Part shown: piece by piece, positions 1 through 9,409 of the stretch
Layout: each line of letters opens with the position of its first letter
Position numbering within the stretch: position 1 is the first letter of the stretch
Assembly (NCBI GenBank): GCA_040414495.1
Contig: JBEDUI010000199.1
Coordinates: forward strand, 956 to 64,955
Direction of reading: 5' to 3'
DNA from: Mycobacteriales bacterium
GTDB taxonomy: Bacteria > Actinomycetota > Actinomycetes > Mycobacteriales > QHCD01
Length of the DNA stretch: 64,000 nt
Notes under the pieces: model-generated
What the model was told of the DNA's origin: nothing
Database searches by the model: none
Seen by the model: only the letters and a program-made list of their open reading frames with translations
Translations under genes and position numbers: made by a program

Positions 1-477
1 GGAGACGCAGTAGGCCACGTTGCCCGGCATTGGCCAGTCCTCATGCACCGAGGAGATGTTGATCACCGTGCCGCCACCGCCTTGCGCGATGAACTGCTTG
101 GCCGCGAGCTGGGTGCCGAAGAACGCGCTCTTGAGGTTGACCTCCAGCACCTTCTCGTACTCCTCCTCGGTGGTCTCGAGGATGGAGGTACGGGTCTCGA
201 TGCCGGCGTTGTTCACCAACACATCGAGCCGGCCGAAGGTCTCGACCGCCGTCGCGACCATGCGCTGCAGGTCGGGCACTTTGCTGACATCGGCCCGCAC
301 GCCGACCGCTTTGCCGCCGGCCGCCTCGATCTTGCCGATGAGGGCCGCGGTCGCCTCCGGGTGGTCGATGTAGTCGATCACCAGGTTCGCCCCCTCGGCC
401 GCGGCGGCGAGCACGATCGCCTCGCCGATGCCGCTGTTGCCGCCGGTGACGATAACGGTCTTCCCCTCAAGCAGCAC
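1..477 (-). CDS. SDR family oxidoreductase (glucose 1-dehydrogenase-like), 3' end outside window
   Basis: Not in the ORF track because it is truncated. Manual minus-strand translation from GTG 477 reads LLEGKTVIVTGGNSGIG...LDVLVNNAG...INISSVHEDWPMPGNVAYCVS, which contains the TGxxxGIG, NNAG and catalytic S/Y motifs. Confidence 0.9.
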   Translation of the reverse strand, partial: MLLEGKTVIVTGGNSGIGEAIVLAAAAEGANLVIDYIDHPEATAALIGKIEAAGGKAVGVRADVSKVPDLQRMVATAVETFGRLDVLVNNAGIETRTSILETTEEEYEKVLEVNLKSAFFGTQLAAKQFIAQGGGGTVINISSVHEDWPMPGNVAYCVS

Positions 478-571
478 CTTCGTAGCTCCCTGTTTCTGCG
501 CGCACCGGATGACATTGCGAGTTTTGCAGACAGGTCGGATTAGCGAAGCCCTCGGATTTCGTGCGGACATG

Positions 572-606
572 AAAAGGCCCGGGTCCACGCTGGGTGGACC
601 CGGGCC
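572..606 (-). terminator. Intrinsic terminator of lon
   Basis: Perfect 13-bp stem GGCCCGGGTCCAC/GTGGACCCGGGCC (576-588, 594-606), followed by UUUU on the minus strand, just after the lon stop. Confidence 0.85.
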
Positions 607-622
607 GGGTTGTGTTCAGTTA

Positions 623-3010
623 TCAGGCAGCCGCGCTGATACGGGCCGGCTCCAGGGCCAGCTCCAGCACCTCGCGCACGTCGCTCACCGGGTGCACCTC
701 CAGCTGGCTGCGCACCTCCGCGGGGACGTCGTCCAGATCCGGCTCGTTACGGGCCGGGATCAGAACGGTGGTGATGCCGGCGCGGTGGGCGGCAAGCAGC
801 TTCTGCTTCACGCCACCGATCGGCAACACCCGTCCGGTCAGCGAAACCTCACCGGTCATTGCCACGTCGGAGCGCACCGGCCGTCCGGACAGCAGCGAGG
901 CAAGCGCCGTCGTCATCGTGACACCCGCGCTCGGGCCGTCCTTCGGGGTCGCGCCGGCCGGAACGTGGATGTGCACGCTCCGTTCCTTCAGGTCGCTCAC
1001 CGGCAACTCCAACTCCACGCCGTGCGAACGCAGGTAGGACAACGCGATCTGCGCCGACTCCTTCATCACGTCACCGAGCTGGCCGGTCAGGGTCAGCCCG
1101 CCACCGCCGGTCTCCGGGTCAGCCAACGACGCCTCGACGAAGAGCACGTCGCCACCGGCACCGGTCACTGCCAGGCCGGTCGCCACGCCCGGCAACGCGG
1201 TCCGCTCAGCCGACTCCGGAGTGAAGTGCGGCCGGCCAACGTACGTCGTCAGGTTGTCCGGGTCGATCGTCACCGGCAATTCGGTGTCGCCCAGAGCCAA
1301 CTGGGCCGCGATCTTGCGCAGCGCCCGGGCGATGCTCCGCTCCAGGCCACGGACACCGGCTTCCCGGTTGTACTCGCTGGCCAGCTTCGAGAGCGCCTCG
1401 TCGGTGATGGTCACGTCTGTCTCGGACAGACCGGCCCGCTCTTGCTGCCGGGGCAGCAGGTGGTCGCGTCCGATGGTGACCTTCTCCGCCTCGGTGTACC
1501 CGTCCAGGCTCACCAGCTCCATCCGGTCCAGCAACGGCGCCGGGATCGAGTCCAGAACGTTGGCGGTCGCCAGGAACAGTACGTCGGACAGGTCGAGCTC
1601 GACCTCCAGGTAGTGGTCGCGGAACGTGTGGTTCTGGGCCGGGTCGAGCACCTCCAGCAGCGCTGCCGTCGGGTCGCCCCGGTAGTCAGCGCCGACCTTG
1701 TCGACCTCGTCCAGCAGCACGACCGGGTTCATCGAGCCGGCCTCCTTGATGGCCCGCACAATGCGACCGGGCAGCGCGCCGACGTACGTACGCCGGTGGC
1801 CACGGATCTCGGCCTCGTCCCGGATGCCGCCGAGCGCGACTCGGACGAACTTACGTCCCATCGCCCGCGCGACCGACTCACCCAGCGAGGTCTTACCAAC
1901 ACCGGGCGGACCAACCAGACCGAGCACGGCACCGCTGCGCCGACCGGACACCACGCCCAGCCCACGCTCTTCACGCCGCTGCCGGACGGCCAGGTACTCG
2001 ATGATCCGGTCCTTCACGTCGGTCAGACCGGAGTGGTCGGCGTCCAGGATCTCCCGCGCGCCGGGGATGTCGTACGAGTCGTCGGTCCGGGTGTTCCACG
2101 GCAGCTCCAGCACCGTGTCCAACCAGGTGCGGATCCAGCTGCCTTCCGGCGAGGCGTCCGAGCTGCGTTCGAGCTTGTCGACCTCCTTGAGGGCGGCCTC
2201 ACGCACCTTGTCCGGCAGGTCGGCGGCCTCGACGCGAGCGCGGTAGTCGTCCTGCTCAGAAGCCGGGGTACCGTCCAGTTCGGACAGTTCCTTCTTCACC
2301 GCATCCAACTGCCGGCGCAGCAGGAACTCACGCTGCTGCTTGTCAACGCCGTCCTGCACTTCCTTGCGGATGGTGTCGGCGACCTCCTGCTCGGCGATGT
2401 GGTCCTTGGTCCACTGCAACGCCAGCTCCAGCCGCTGCGGCACCTCGAGGGTCTCCAGCAATTCCTGCTTCTGGGTCCGGCTCAGGTACGGCGCGTAGCC
2501 GGCCTGGTCGGCCAGGCGTCCGGCGTCTTCGATGCCCTCGACGACCTCGGCCAGTTGCCAGGCGCCGCGCTCGTGCAGGGCGGCGACCATGAGCCGCTTC
2601 AGTTCGGTGGCCAGCTCCAGCGCGTGGTCGTCCACGACGGTGTCGTCGGTGATCGGCGTCGCCTCGACCCACAGCGCGGCACCCGGGCCCGGCACGCCGA
2701 TCCCGATCCGCATCCTGGTCTCGGCCCGGACCACCGCGGCCTGCCGGCCGTTGGGCAACCGGCCGATCTGCTCGATGATCGCGCGCACGCCAATCGCGCC
2801 GTAGACGCCTTCATGCCGCGGCGTAACCAACACCTCGGCGTCTCTGGCCGACCGCATCCCCGGCTGGGCTTCCCGGGCGTCGTTCAAGGCCCGGGCCGCG
2901 TCCACCGCTGCCCGTATGTCCTGTTCGGAGAGGTCGATCGGAACAACCATGCCCGGCAACACGACCTCTTCGTCGAGGGGCAGCACGGGCAATTTCACGG
3001 TCCCGCTCAT
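623..3010 (-). CDS. lon: ATP-dependent endopeptidase La (Lon)
   Basis: LON N-domain, Walker A GPPGVGKT, Walker B LLDEVDK, PKDGPSAG catalytic Ser and GGVKQK Lys. Confidence 0.98.
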   Translation of the reverse strand: MSGTVKLPVLPLDEEVVLPGMVVPIDLSEQDIRAAVDAARALNDAREAQPGMRSARDAEVLVTPRHEGVYGAIGVRAIIEQIGRLPNGRQAAVVRAETRMRIGIGVPGPGAALWVEATPITDDTVVDDHALELATELKRLMVAALHERGAWQLAEVVEGIEDAGRLADQAGYAPYLSRTQKQELLETLEVPQRLELALQWTKDHIAEQEVADTIRKEVQDGVDKQQREFLLRRQLDAVKKELSELDGTPASEQDDYRARVEAADLPDKVREAALKEVDKLERSSDASPEGSWIRTWLDTVLELPWNTRTDDSYDIPGAREILDADHSGLTDVKDRIIEYLAVRQRREERGLGVVSGRRSGAVLGLVGPPGVGKTSLGESVARAMGRKFVRVALGGIRDEAEIRGHRRTYVGALPGRIVRAIKEAGSMNPVVLLDEVDKVGADYRGDPTAALLEVLDPAQNHTFRDHYLEVELDLSDVLFLATANVLDSIPAPLLDRMELVSLDGYTEAEKVTIGRDHLLPRQQERAGLSETDVTITDEALSKLASEYNREAGVRGLERSIARALRKIAAQLALGDTELPVTIDPDNLTTYVGRPHFTPESAERTALPGVATGLAVTGAGGDVLFVEASLADPETGGGGLTLTGQLGDVMKESAQIALSYLRSHGVELELPVSDLKERSVHIHVPAGATPKDGPSAGVTMTTALASLLSGRPVRSDVAMTGEVSLTGRVLPIGGVKQKLLAAHRAGITTVLIPARNEPDLDDVPAEVRSQLEVHPVSDVREVLELALEPARISAAA

Positions 3011-3045
3011 CAGGTCACTTCTTCCTAAGTTCGAACGATGTCGAA

Positions 3046-3066
3046 ATTGAGTTACGTCGACTCAAG
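3046..3066. promoter_or_regulatory. HspR operator (HAIR)
   Basis: ATTGAGT-N7-ACTCAAG matches the CTTGAGT-N7-ACTCAAG consensus and lies 35 nt upstream of lon, a known HspR target in actinomycetes. Confidence 0.88.
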
Positions 3067-3129
3067 TACCTGAGGGCCGTGGTTGTTCCCGCCGTTCGCC
3101 AGGAGCGATCGTGCGGGTTATGTACGGAT

Positions 3130-4608
3130 TTAGGCGGGTGCCTCTTCGCGGTCCGGGTTCAGCGGAGGCCCAGCGACCGGACAGAAGGAGTGACAGGGCG
3201 CATCGACGACGGTCGAGGTCTTCAGCATCGTGAACGCGATGCCCGCCCCGACCACCAACAGACCCGCGCAAATGAGCATCGAGTTGCGGTAGGCCGGGTG
3301 CAGTTGGCTGGCGTTGGTCAGCGAGCCGTGGCCAAGCCCGGCCGCCAACGGCAGTACGGCGACCGCGAGCAGCCCGGCCGCCCGGGCAATGGCGTTGTTG
3401 ACGCCGCTGGCCACTCCGGCGAAGTGGTCGTCGACCGAGCCGAGCGCGGTCGCGGTCAGCGGCGCGACGGTCAGCGACAGACCCAGGCCCAGGATGATGA
3501 CCGGTGGCAGCACATCGGTGACGTAGTTCGCGTTGAACCCGACCTGGGACAGCCAGATCAAGGCACCGGCGCAGATGAGCGGGCCGAGCGTCATCGGCAG
3601 CCGCGGCCCGATGCGTCCGGACAATGCGCCGGCCCGGGCCGAGAGCAACAGCATCAGCGCCGTAACCGGCAGCAACGCGACGCCGGCCGCGATCGGCGAG
3701 AACCCGGCCACAACCTGCAGGTTGATGACGACGAGGAAGAACACGCCGCCCAACGCCGCGTACACCGCGAACGTCACCAGATTGGCCGCGGTGAACGGCT
3801 TCGAACGGAACAGTGTCAGCGGCAGCATCGGATGCGAGGACCGGTGCTCGATCATCACGAAACCGACCAGACCGACCACGCCGATCAGCAATGACCCGAA
3901 CACCAGGGGGCTACCCGGACCCTTGTCGGGCCAGGCGGTGAAGCCGAGGGTGAGGCCGGCCAGGCCGACCGCTCCGGCCAGTGCGCCGCCGATGTCGAGT
4001 TGCTGCGCGGCCTCCGGGTTGGAGGTCTCCGGTACGTGCCAGAGCGAGACCAGAACGACGACGGCGGCGATCGGCACGTTGATGAGGAAGACCAGCCGCC
4101 AGGTCGAGACCTCGACCAGCCAACCGCCCAGGAACGGTCCGATCGCCCCGGTGATGCCGGCCAGTCCGGACCAGGCGCCGATCGCCTTGCCGCGATCGTC
4201 CTGATCGAAGCTCGCCTCCAGGATCGCCAACGCGCCCGGGGTCAACAGCGCACCGCCGATCCCCTGCAGCGCCCGCGCCGCGATCAACGCCTCGATGTTG
4301 GGCGAGATCCCGCACAGCAACGACGCGATGGCGAACCAGGCCACGCCGGTAACGAAGACGCGACGCCGGCCGAACCGGTCGCCGAGTGAGCCGCCGAGCA
4401 GGATCAACGCGGCCAGCGTCAGCGTATAGCCGTTGACTGTCCACTGTAGACCGGCGGCGCTGGCGTGGAAGTCCTTACCAATCCGGGGTAGCGCGATGTT
4501 GACGACCGTCGCATCGAGGAAAGCCATACCCGAGCCGAGCACCGTGGCGAACAGGACCCACCGGCCAGGACCGGACCCGTAATGCAGGTCGACCTGTTGC
4601 TGACTCAG
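3130..4608 (-). CDS. MFS transporter, DHA2 (EmrB/QacA-like, 14 TM)
   Basis: LDATVVNIALP, GSLGDRFGRRR, GPFLGGWL and WRLVFLINVP motifs. Start is uncertain (in-frame CTG at 4608 or ATG at 4635). Confidence 0.9.
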   Translation of the reverse strand: MSQQQVDLHYGSGPGRWVLFATVLGSGMAFLDATVVNIALPRIGKDFHASAAGLQWTVNGYTLTLAALILLGGSLGDRFGRRRVFVTGVAWFAIASLLCGISPNIEALIAARALQGIGGALLTPGALAILEASFDQDDRGKAIGAWSGLAGITGAIGPFLGGWLVEVSTWRLVFLINVPIAAVVVLVSLWHVPETSNPEAAQQLDIGGALAGAVGLAGLTLGFTAWPDKGPGSPLVFGSLLIGVVGLVGFVMIEHRSSHPMLPLTLFRSKPFTAANLVTFAVYAALGGVFFLVVINLQVVAGFSPIAAGVALLPVTALMLLLSARAGALSGRIGPRLPMTLGPLICAGALIWLSQVGFNANYVTDVLPPVIILGLGLSLTVAPLTATALGSVDDHFAGVASGVNNAIARAAGLLAVAVLPLAAGLGHGSLTNASQLHPAYRNSMLICAGLLVVGAGIAFTMLKTSTVVDAPCHSFCPVAGPPLNPDREEAPA

Positions 4609-4862
4609 GCCATGATTTGGTCGACGTAACACCATCGCCAGTCTTCTCCCGGCTGGAAGCTACGCACCACCGGATGAGTCGTGGCGTGGAAGTGCGCGGT
4701 CGCGTGTCGATTCGGCGACGAGTCGCAGCAGCCGACGTGGCCGCAGGTCAGACACAGGCGCAGGTGCACCCATCGGCCGCCGCTGGCCAGACACTCCGCG
4801 CAACCCTCCGGTGTCTGGGCCTCGACCGAACCGGCTTCTTCCAGATGTGCACACACCGCCAT
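4605..4862 (-). CDS. UBP-type zinc finger domain protein
   Basis: CAHL...GCAECL...HLRLCLTCGHVGCCDSSPNRHATAHF...WRWCYVD. Confidence 0.93.
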   Translation of the reverse strand: MAVCAHLEEAGSVEAQTPEGCAECLASGGRWVHLRLCLTCGHVGCCDSSPNRHATAHFHATTHPVVRSFQPGEDWRWCYVDQIMA

Positions 4863-5009
4863 AGAACTCCCCCGTTCCGCGACCGTCCCGTGGGCGATTC
4901 CGCGCGGCGATCCCGGCCGGCTCTCGCCCGGGCGACGCTACGCCGGGCCGCGAAGAGGCGTCAACACGCCTTAGGTCAGTCCCGGGTCACCTCCCAGAGA
5001 GTGCCCGGT

Positions 5010-6182
5010 TCACAGGAACGCGTGGCCCTCGCCGCGGTACGTCGGTACGACGCCCGCGATCCGGTCGCCGTCGATGAGGTGCAGTTCGTCGACGCGCTCG
5101 CACAGCTCGCCCGCCTTGGCGTGCCGGAACCAGACCCGGTCGCCTGGCCGCAGCCCGTCGGTGGCCCGGCCCCGCAGCGGCGTCTGCACCTCGCCGGCAC
5201 CTTCGACCGGGAGCAGCGACAGACCGGCCGGGTACACCGGCTGCGGCCACCGATCCGGCCCGGCCGGGCCGGAGGCGATCCAGCCGCCACCGGCCACGGT
5301 CACCAGGCCCGGACCGGGTCGGCGGGTGACCGGCAGCGCGAACAGCGCGGCTGGCGCGGGCGTGAAGGACCGGTATCCGTCGAAGAGCCGTGGACCGTAC
5401 AGACCCGAGCCGGCGGCGACTTCCGTGACCGACGGCTCCGCCGCGGTCCGCTCGACGCTGCCGGTGCCGCCGCCGTTGACGAACTCCAACGGCGCCACCG
5501 CCCGTACCGCCGCCACCACGGCGGCCCGCCGGTCGGCCAATTCCCGGGCCGAGACCGCCTGCATCGCCCGGACCGCCGCTCCGCGTACCGGCCGGCCCGG
5601 CGGCCGGTCCCCCACGCCGGCGATCTGCGCCTCGTACGCCATCAGCCCAACCAGCCGGAATCCCCGCCGTTCCTGCACGACGCGGGCCATCGAGACGACC
5701 TGCTCCGGCGTGTGCAGCGGCGAACGTCGGGCCCCGATGTGCACCCGGCCACTCGCCAACCGCAGCGACGCATCGACGTCGAGACAGACCCGTATTTCGG
5801 GCCGACCAGCCGGAACCGCGTCGTCAATGAGGTCGAGTTGCTCGGCGCTGTCGATCATCACGGTGACCCGCCGCGCCGCCCGCTCGTCGTTCGCGAGCTG
5901 CCGTAGCGCGGACCGGTCGGCGGTCGGGTACGCCACCACCACGTCGTCGATGTCGGCCGACAGCCACAGCGCCTCGGCCAGCGTGTACGCCAGTACGCCG
6001 GCGTATCCGTCGATGCCCAGCACGTCGGTGATCAGAGAACGGCAGCGCACCGACTTGCTGGCCAGCCGGATCGTCCGGCCGCCGGCCCGCCGGGTCAGGT
6101 CGGCCGCGTTGGCCCGCAGCGCCGGCAGATCAACCACCGCGAACGGCGGGTCCAGATGGGCGGTCGCGCGATCCAACCTCAT
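5010..6182 (-). CDS. Amino acid deaminase/aldolase (alanine-racemase fold, PLP-dependent)
   Basis: IRLASKSVRC (PLP Lys), MAYEAQIAG, GGGTGS and RHAKAGE. ATG 6182 overlaps the TetR stop (ATGA). Confidence 0.9.
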   Translation of the reverse strand: MRLDRATAHLDPPFAVVDLPALRANAADLTRRAGGRTIRLASKSVRCRSLITDVLGIDGYAGVLAYTLAEALWLSADIDDVVVAYPTADRSALRQLANDERAARRVTVMIDSAEQLDLIDDAVPAGRPEIRVCLDVDASLRLASGRVHIGARRSPLHTPEQVVSMARVVQERRGFRLVGLMAYEAQIAGVGDRPPGRPVRGAAVRAMQAVSARELADRRAAVVAAVRAVAPLEFVNGGGTGSVERTAAEPSVTEVAAGSGLYGPRLFDGYRSFTPAPAALFALPVTRRPGPGLVTVAGGGWIASGPAGPDRWPQPVYPAGLSLLPVEGAGEVQTPLRGRATDGLRPGDRVWFRHAKAGELCERVDELHLIDGDRIAGVVPTYRGEGHAFL

Positions 6183-6778
6183 GACGCCGCCTGGGCATAA
6201 CTGGCCAGCTGCAACGCGAACTGGTCCAAGACCGCGAGTGCCTGCGCGCCATCCCGGTCGGCGAGCCAGCCCAACGTCAGTCCGTCCAGCACGGTCGCCA
6301 GCATCCGGGCCAGCACCGGCAACGGGATGCTCCAGCTCACCCCGGCCGCCTCGGCCAATGCCCGCAACACCGTGCTGGCGCCGTCGAAATACGACCGGTA
6401 CTGCCGGCGCGGCAGGTCCTCCAACCCGGTGGTGCGGTAGGCGTACTGCGTCAACTCGTACGTCACCCGGTGCTCGTCCGGCGCCGCCTCGACCAACTGC
6501 CAGTACCCGCGTAACCCGGTCCGCAGAGCCTCGTGCACGTCGGCGCCGGGCCGCAGGGTCGCCAGCGCGGCGGCGGTTTCGCGGGCCACCAGCGCATCGG
6601 TCAACTCGGCCAGCAATTCGTTCTTGGAGCGGTAGCAATAGTGGAACGCCGAGAGCGGCATGCCCGCCTCGGCCACGATCGCCCGGGTCGTGGTCGCGGC
6701 GATGCCGTCGCGGGCCAACACCCGCATCGCGGCGTCGGCCAGCACCCGTCGTCGCTGGGTTGCCGGGATCCGGGGCAT
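6179..6778 (-). CDS. TetR/AcrR family regulator
   Basis: N-terminal HTH: LADAAMRVLARDGIAATTTRAIVAEAGMPLSAFHYCYRSKNELL. Confidence 0.92.
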   Translation of the reverse strand: MPRIPATQRRRVLADAAMRVLARDGIAATTTRAIVAEAGMPLSAFHYCYRSKNELLAELTDALVARETAAALATLRPGADVHEALRTGLRGYWQLVEAAPDEHRVTYELTQYAYRTTGLEDLPRRQYRSYFDGASTVLRALAEAAGVSWSIPLPVLARMLATVLDGLTLGWLADRDGAQALAVLDQFALQLASYAQAAS

Positions 6779-6803
6779 CACGCACCTCACGACCGAGTCG
6801 ACT

Positions 6804-6868
6804 GAGTCGGTTGTCCAAGACAAGCGATTGGGACGATCGTACGGGACATACGTTCGGGACGCTTGACC
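6804..6868. promoter_or_regulatory. Putative TetR operator array (13-bp period)
   Basis: GGGAC starts at 6830, 6843 and 6856, each unit an imperfect GGAC-N4-GTCC palindrome. More degenerate units lie at 6804 and 6817. The array sits in the divergent tetR/oxidase spacer. Confidence 0.5.
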
Positions 6869-6942
6869 ACGATTGCGCACGGCCGCCATCCTGTGCTCGT
6901 CTGTGACGACCTGCACCGACGCATGCGATGGGGGGTGTTGCG

Positions 6943-8271
6943 ATGACTCAAACCGTGAGCCAGATCTGGCGGAACTGGGCCGGAAACCAGTCGGCCTCCG
7001 GGATCACCTTTCGCCATCCCCGTACGGTCGGCGAGATCGTCGAGTTGGTGACGCAGGCCGGGAAGGACGGCCGGCAGATCAAGGCGATCGGCTCGGGACA
7101 TTCGTTCACCGGGATCGGGCGGCCCGAAGACATTCAGCTGGTGCTGAGCCAACACGCGAACGTCTTGGCGCTGGACAGCGCGGCCGGGCTGGTCACCGTC
7201 GCCGGCGGAATGCCGCTGCACCGGTTGGGCCGGCTGCTCACCGACGCGGGACTGTCGCTAACCAACCTCGGCGACATCGACCGGCAGACGGTCGCCGGCG
7301 CGTTGGCCACCGGCACCCACGGCACCGGGGCCCGGTTCGGTGGCCTGGCGACGCAGGTCCGCGGGTTGCAGCTGGTATTGGCCGACGGCTCGGTACTGGA
7401 CTGCTCGCCGGCCGAGAACGCCGAGATCTTCAGCGCGGCCCGGATCGGTCTGGGCGCATTGGGCATCGTGTCAACGGTGACGTTGCAGGCCGAAGCGGCA
7501 TTCGGGCTGCGGGCGGTGGAACGCCCGATCCCGCTTGAGGAGGTCCTGACCGGCTTCGACGAATTGGCCGATGGCGCCGACCATTTCGAGTTCTATTGGT
7601 TCCCGCACACCGCGTCGGCATTGACCAAGACCAACCACCGGGTTCCGCTGGACGGCCTGGCCCCGCAACCGCGCTGGCGCGAGCTGTTCGTCGACGAGGT
7701 GCTCTCCAACGGCGTATTCGGAGCCAGCGTCGCGGTGAGCCGGCGGGCACCGGTCGTCACCAGGCCGCTGAACCGGATCGCGGCCAGGGCCCTGGGTTCG
7801 CGGACTTTCACCGACCACTCGCACAAGGTCTTCACCTCGCCGCGGCGGGTTCGGTTCATCGAGATGGAGTACGCGGTCCCCCGGGCGGCGATCGTCGAGG
7901 TCGTACGCGAGCTGCAGCGCACGATCGCGGCCGAAGGCTGGCGCATCCCGTTCCCGATCGAGGTACGGGTCGCGGCAGCGGACGACATTCCGCTCTCGAC
8001 CGCGCTCGAGCGGGACACCGCGTATCTGGCCGTACACCTGCCCAGGCAGGTCGAGATCGGGGCGTACTTCCGGACCGTGGAGCGCATCGCCGGGCAGGTC
8101 GGCGGACGGCCGCACTGGGGCAAGCTGCACTCGCTGGACGCGGCCGCGCTGCGTGAGCGGTATCCGCGCTTCGAGGAATTCGTGGCATTACGGGACCGGC
8201 TCGACCCGACCGGCCTGTTCACCAACGCCTATCTGGATCGGGTACTCGGGCCGCCGCCAGGTCGGCGATGA
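6943..8271 (+). CDS. D-arabinono-1,4-lactone / L-gulonolactone oxidase family FAD oxidoreductase
   Basis: WRNWAGNQ, GSGHSF, GALATGTHGTG, EMEY, FPIEVR and GGRPHWGK. Confidence 0.93.
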   Translation: MTQTVSQIWRNWAGNQSASGITFRHPRTVGEIVELVTQAGKDGRQIKAIGSGHSFTGIGRPEDIQLVLSQHANVLALDSAAGLVTVAGGMPLHRLGRLLTDAGLSLTNLGDIDRQTVAGALATGTHGTGARFGGLATQVRGLQLVLADGSVLDCSPAENAEIFSAARIGLGALGIVSTVTLQAEAAFGLRAVERPIPLEEVLTGFDELADGADHFEFYWFPHTASALTKTNHRVPLDGLAPQPRWRELFVDEVLSNGVFGASVAVSRRAPVVTRPLNRIAARALGSRTFTDHSHKVFTSPRRVRFIEMEYAVPRAAIVEVVRELQRTIAAEGWRIPFPIEVRVAAADDIPLSTALERDTAYLAVHLPRQVEIGAYFRTVERIAGQVGGRPHWGKLHSLDAAALRERYPRFEEFVALRDRLDPTGLFTNAYLDRVLGPPPGRR

Positions 8272-8287
8272 CGCCGGGTCGCCGGCG

Positions 8288-9409
8288 ATGACCAGCCGCT
8301 GGTCGCCGGTCGCGGGCTACACGCTGGTCAGCTCGGCGAACCAGATGCTCTGGCTCACCTTCGCCCCGATCACCACCGGGGCGGCACATCACTACCACGT
8401 GTCGGTCGGCGCGATCGGCGTTCTGGCCGAGGTTTTCCCGCTGCTGTACGTGGTGCTGGCGCTGCCGGCCGGTGTGCTGGTCGACCGGTGGTTGCGTCCG
8501 GCGCTGGCCGGTGGTGCGGTGCTGACGGCGGTCGGGGCGGTGGTACGGCTGCTGGGGTCGGGGTTCGGTCCGGTGCTCACCGGTCAGGTGCTGATCGCGG
8601 TCGCCCAGCCGCTGGTGCTCACCGCGTTGACCGCGCTGACGCTGCGGTACCTGGATGCGGCCGACCGGTCTGCCGGCATCGCGATCTGTTCCGCGGCCGT
8701 GTTCGGGGGCATGGTGCTGGCCCTGCTGTCCGGCTCGCTGCTGGGGTCGCACCGGATCCCGTTGCTGCTCGGGCTGCAGGCCGGGTACGCGATCCTCGCC
8801 GCGGTGGTCCTGTGTCAGGCGTTGCGGCATCGCGGTCAGGTGGGTGTCGCGGCTCGCGGCGGGATCGGCCGGGTGTGGGCCGATCACTCTGTACGTCGGT
8901 TGGTGGCGCTGGTCTGCGTCGGCTTCGGGGTGTTCGTCGCGCTGACCACCTGGTTGCAGGCGCTGCTGGATCCGGCCGGGGTATCGGAGTCGGCGGCGGG
9001 CGCGCTGCTGTTGGTGATGGTGCTGGCCGGGGTGGTGGGGTCGGCTCTGATTCCGCCGTGGGTGGTCCGGCGCGGGGTGCAACGCCGGCTGTTGGCCGGT
9101 TCGGTGTTGGCGACCGCGGCCGGCTGCGTACTGCTGGCGGCCGCACCGGGTCTGGGTACGGGGCTGGTGGTGGTCCTGGTCGTGGGTGCCCTGCTGCTCA
9201 CCGACCTCCCGGTGATCTTGGAGTTGGCCGCCGACCGGGCCGGACCGCATGCCGGCGCGGCCACCGCCCTGCTGTGGATGGCCGGGAACGCCGGCGGGCT
9301 CATCGTGGCCGCGGCCGTACAGGTCCTGGTGCCGCACCCGGCCCTGGCCTTCCTGCTCCTGGCGGTGGTGGCGTTGGCCGCGCTGCCGATTCTGGCCCGG
9401 CTGACCTGA
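8288..9409 (+). CDS. MFS transporter
   Basis: About 12 hydrophobic segments and NQMLWLTFAPI; starts 16 nt after the oxidase. Confidence 0.85.
   Translation: MTSRWSPVAGYTLVSSANQMLWLTFAPITTGAAHHYHVSVGAIGVLAEVFPLLYVVLALPAGVLVDRWLRPALAGGAVLTAVGAVVRLLGSGFGPVLTGQVLIAVAQPLVLTALTALTLRYLDAADRSAGIAICSAAVFGGMVLALLSGSLLGSHRIPLLLGLQAGYAILAAVVLCQALRHRGQVGVAARGGIGRVWADHSVRRLVALVCVGFGVFVALTTWLQALLDPAGVSESAAGALLLVMVLAGVVGSALIPPWVVRRGVQRRLLAGSVLATAAGCVLLAAAPGLGTGLVVVLVVGALLLTDLPVILELAADRAGPHAGAATALLWMAGNAGGLIVAAAVQVLVPHPALAFLLLAVVALAALPILARLT

Noticed and set aside
428..3028. 866-aa plus-strand ORF, and similar long antisense ORFs (50498-52447, 42222-44072, 54252-55865, 5074-6906)
   Set aside because: These are shadow ORFs opposite motif-supported genes, expected in high-GC DNA, and show no recognisable domains.
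3030..3044. TCGAAC-GAT-GTCGA upstream of lon as an SOS box
   Set aside because: The spacing and right half-site do not fit CGAAC-N4-GTTCG, and the HAIR site explains the regulation.
6183..6818. Apparent 212-aa N-terminal extension of the aldolase (602-aa ORF)
   Set aside because: It overlaps tetR in another frame; the true start is ATG 6182 with ATGA coupling.
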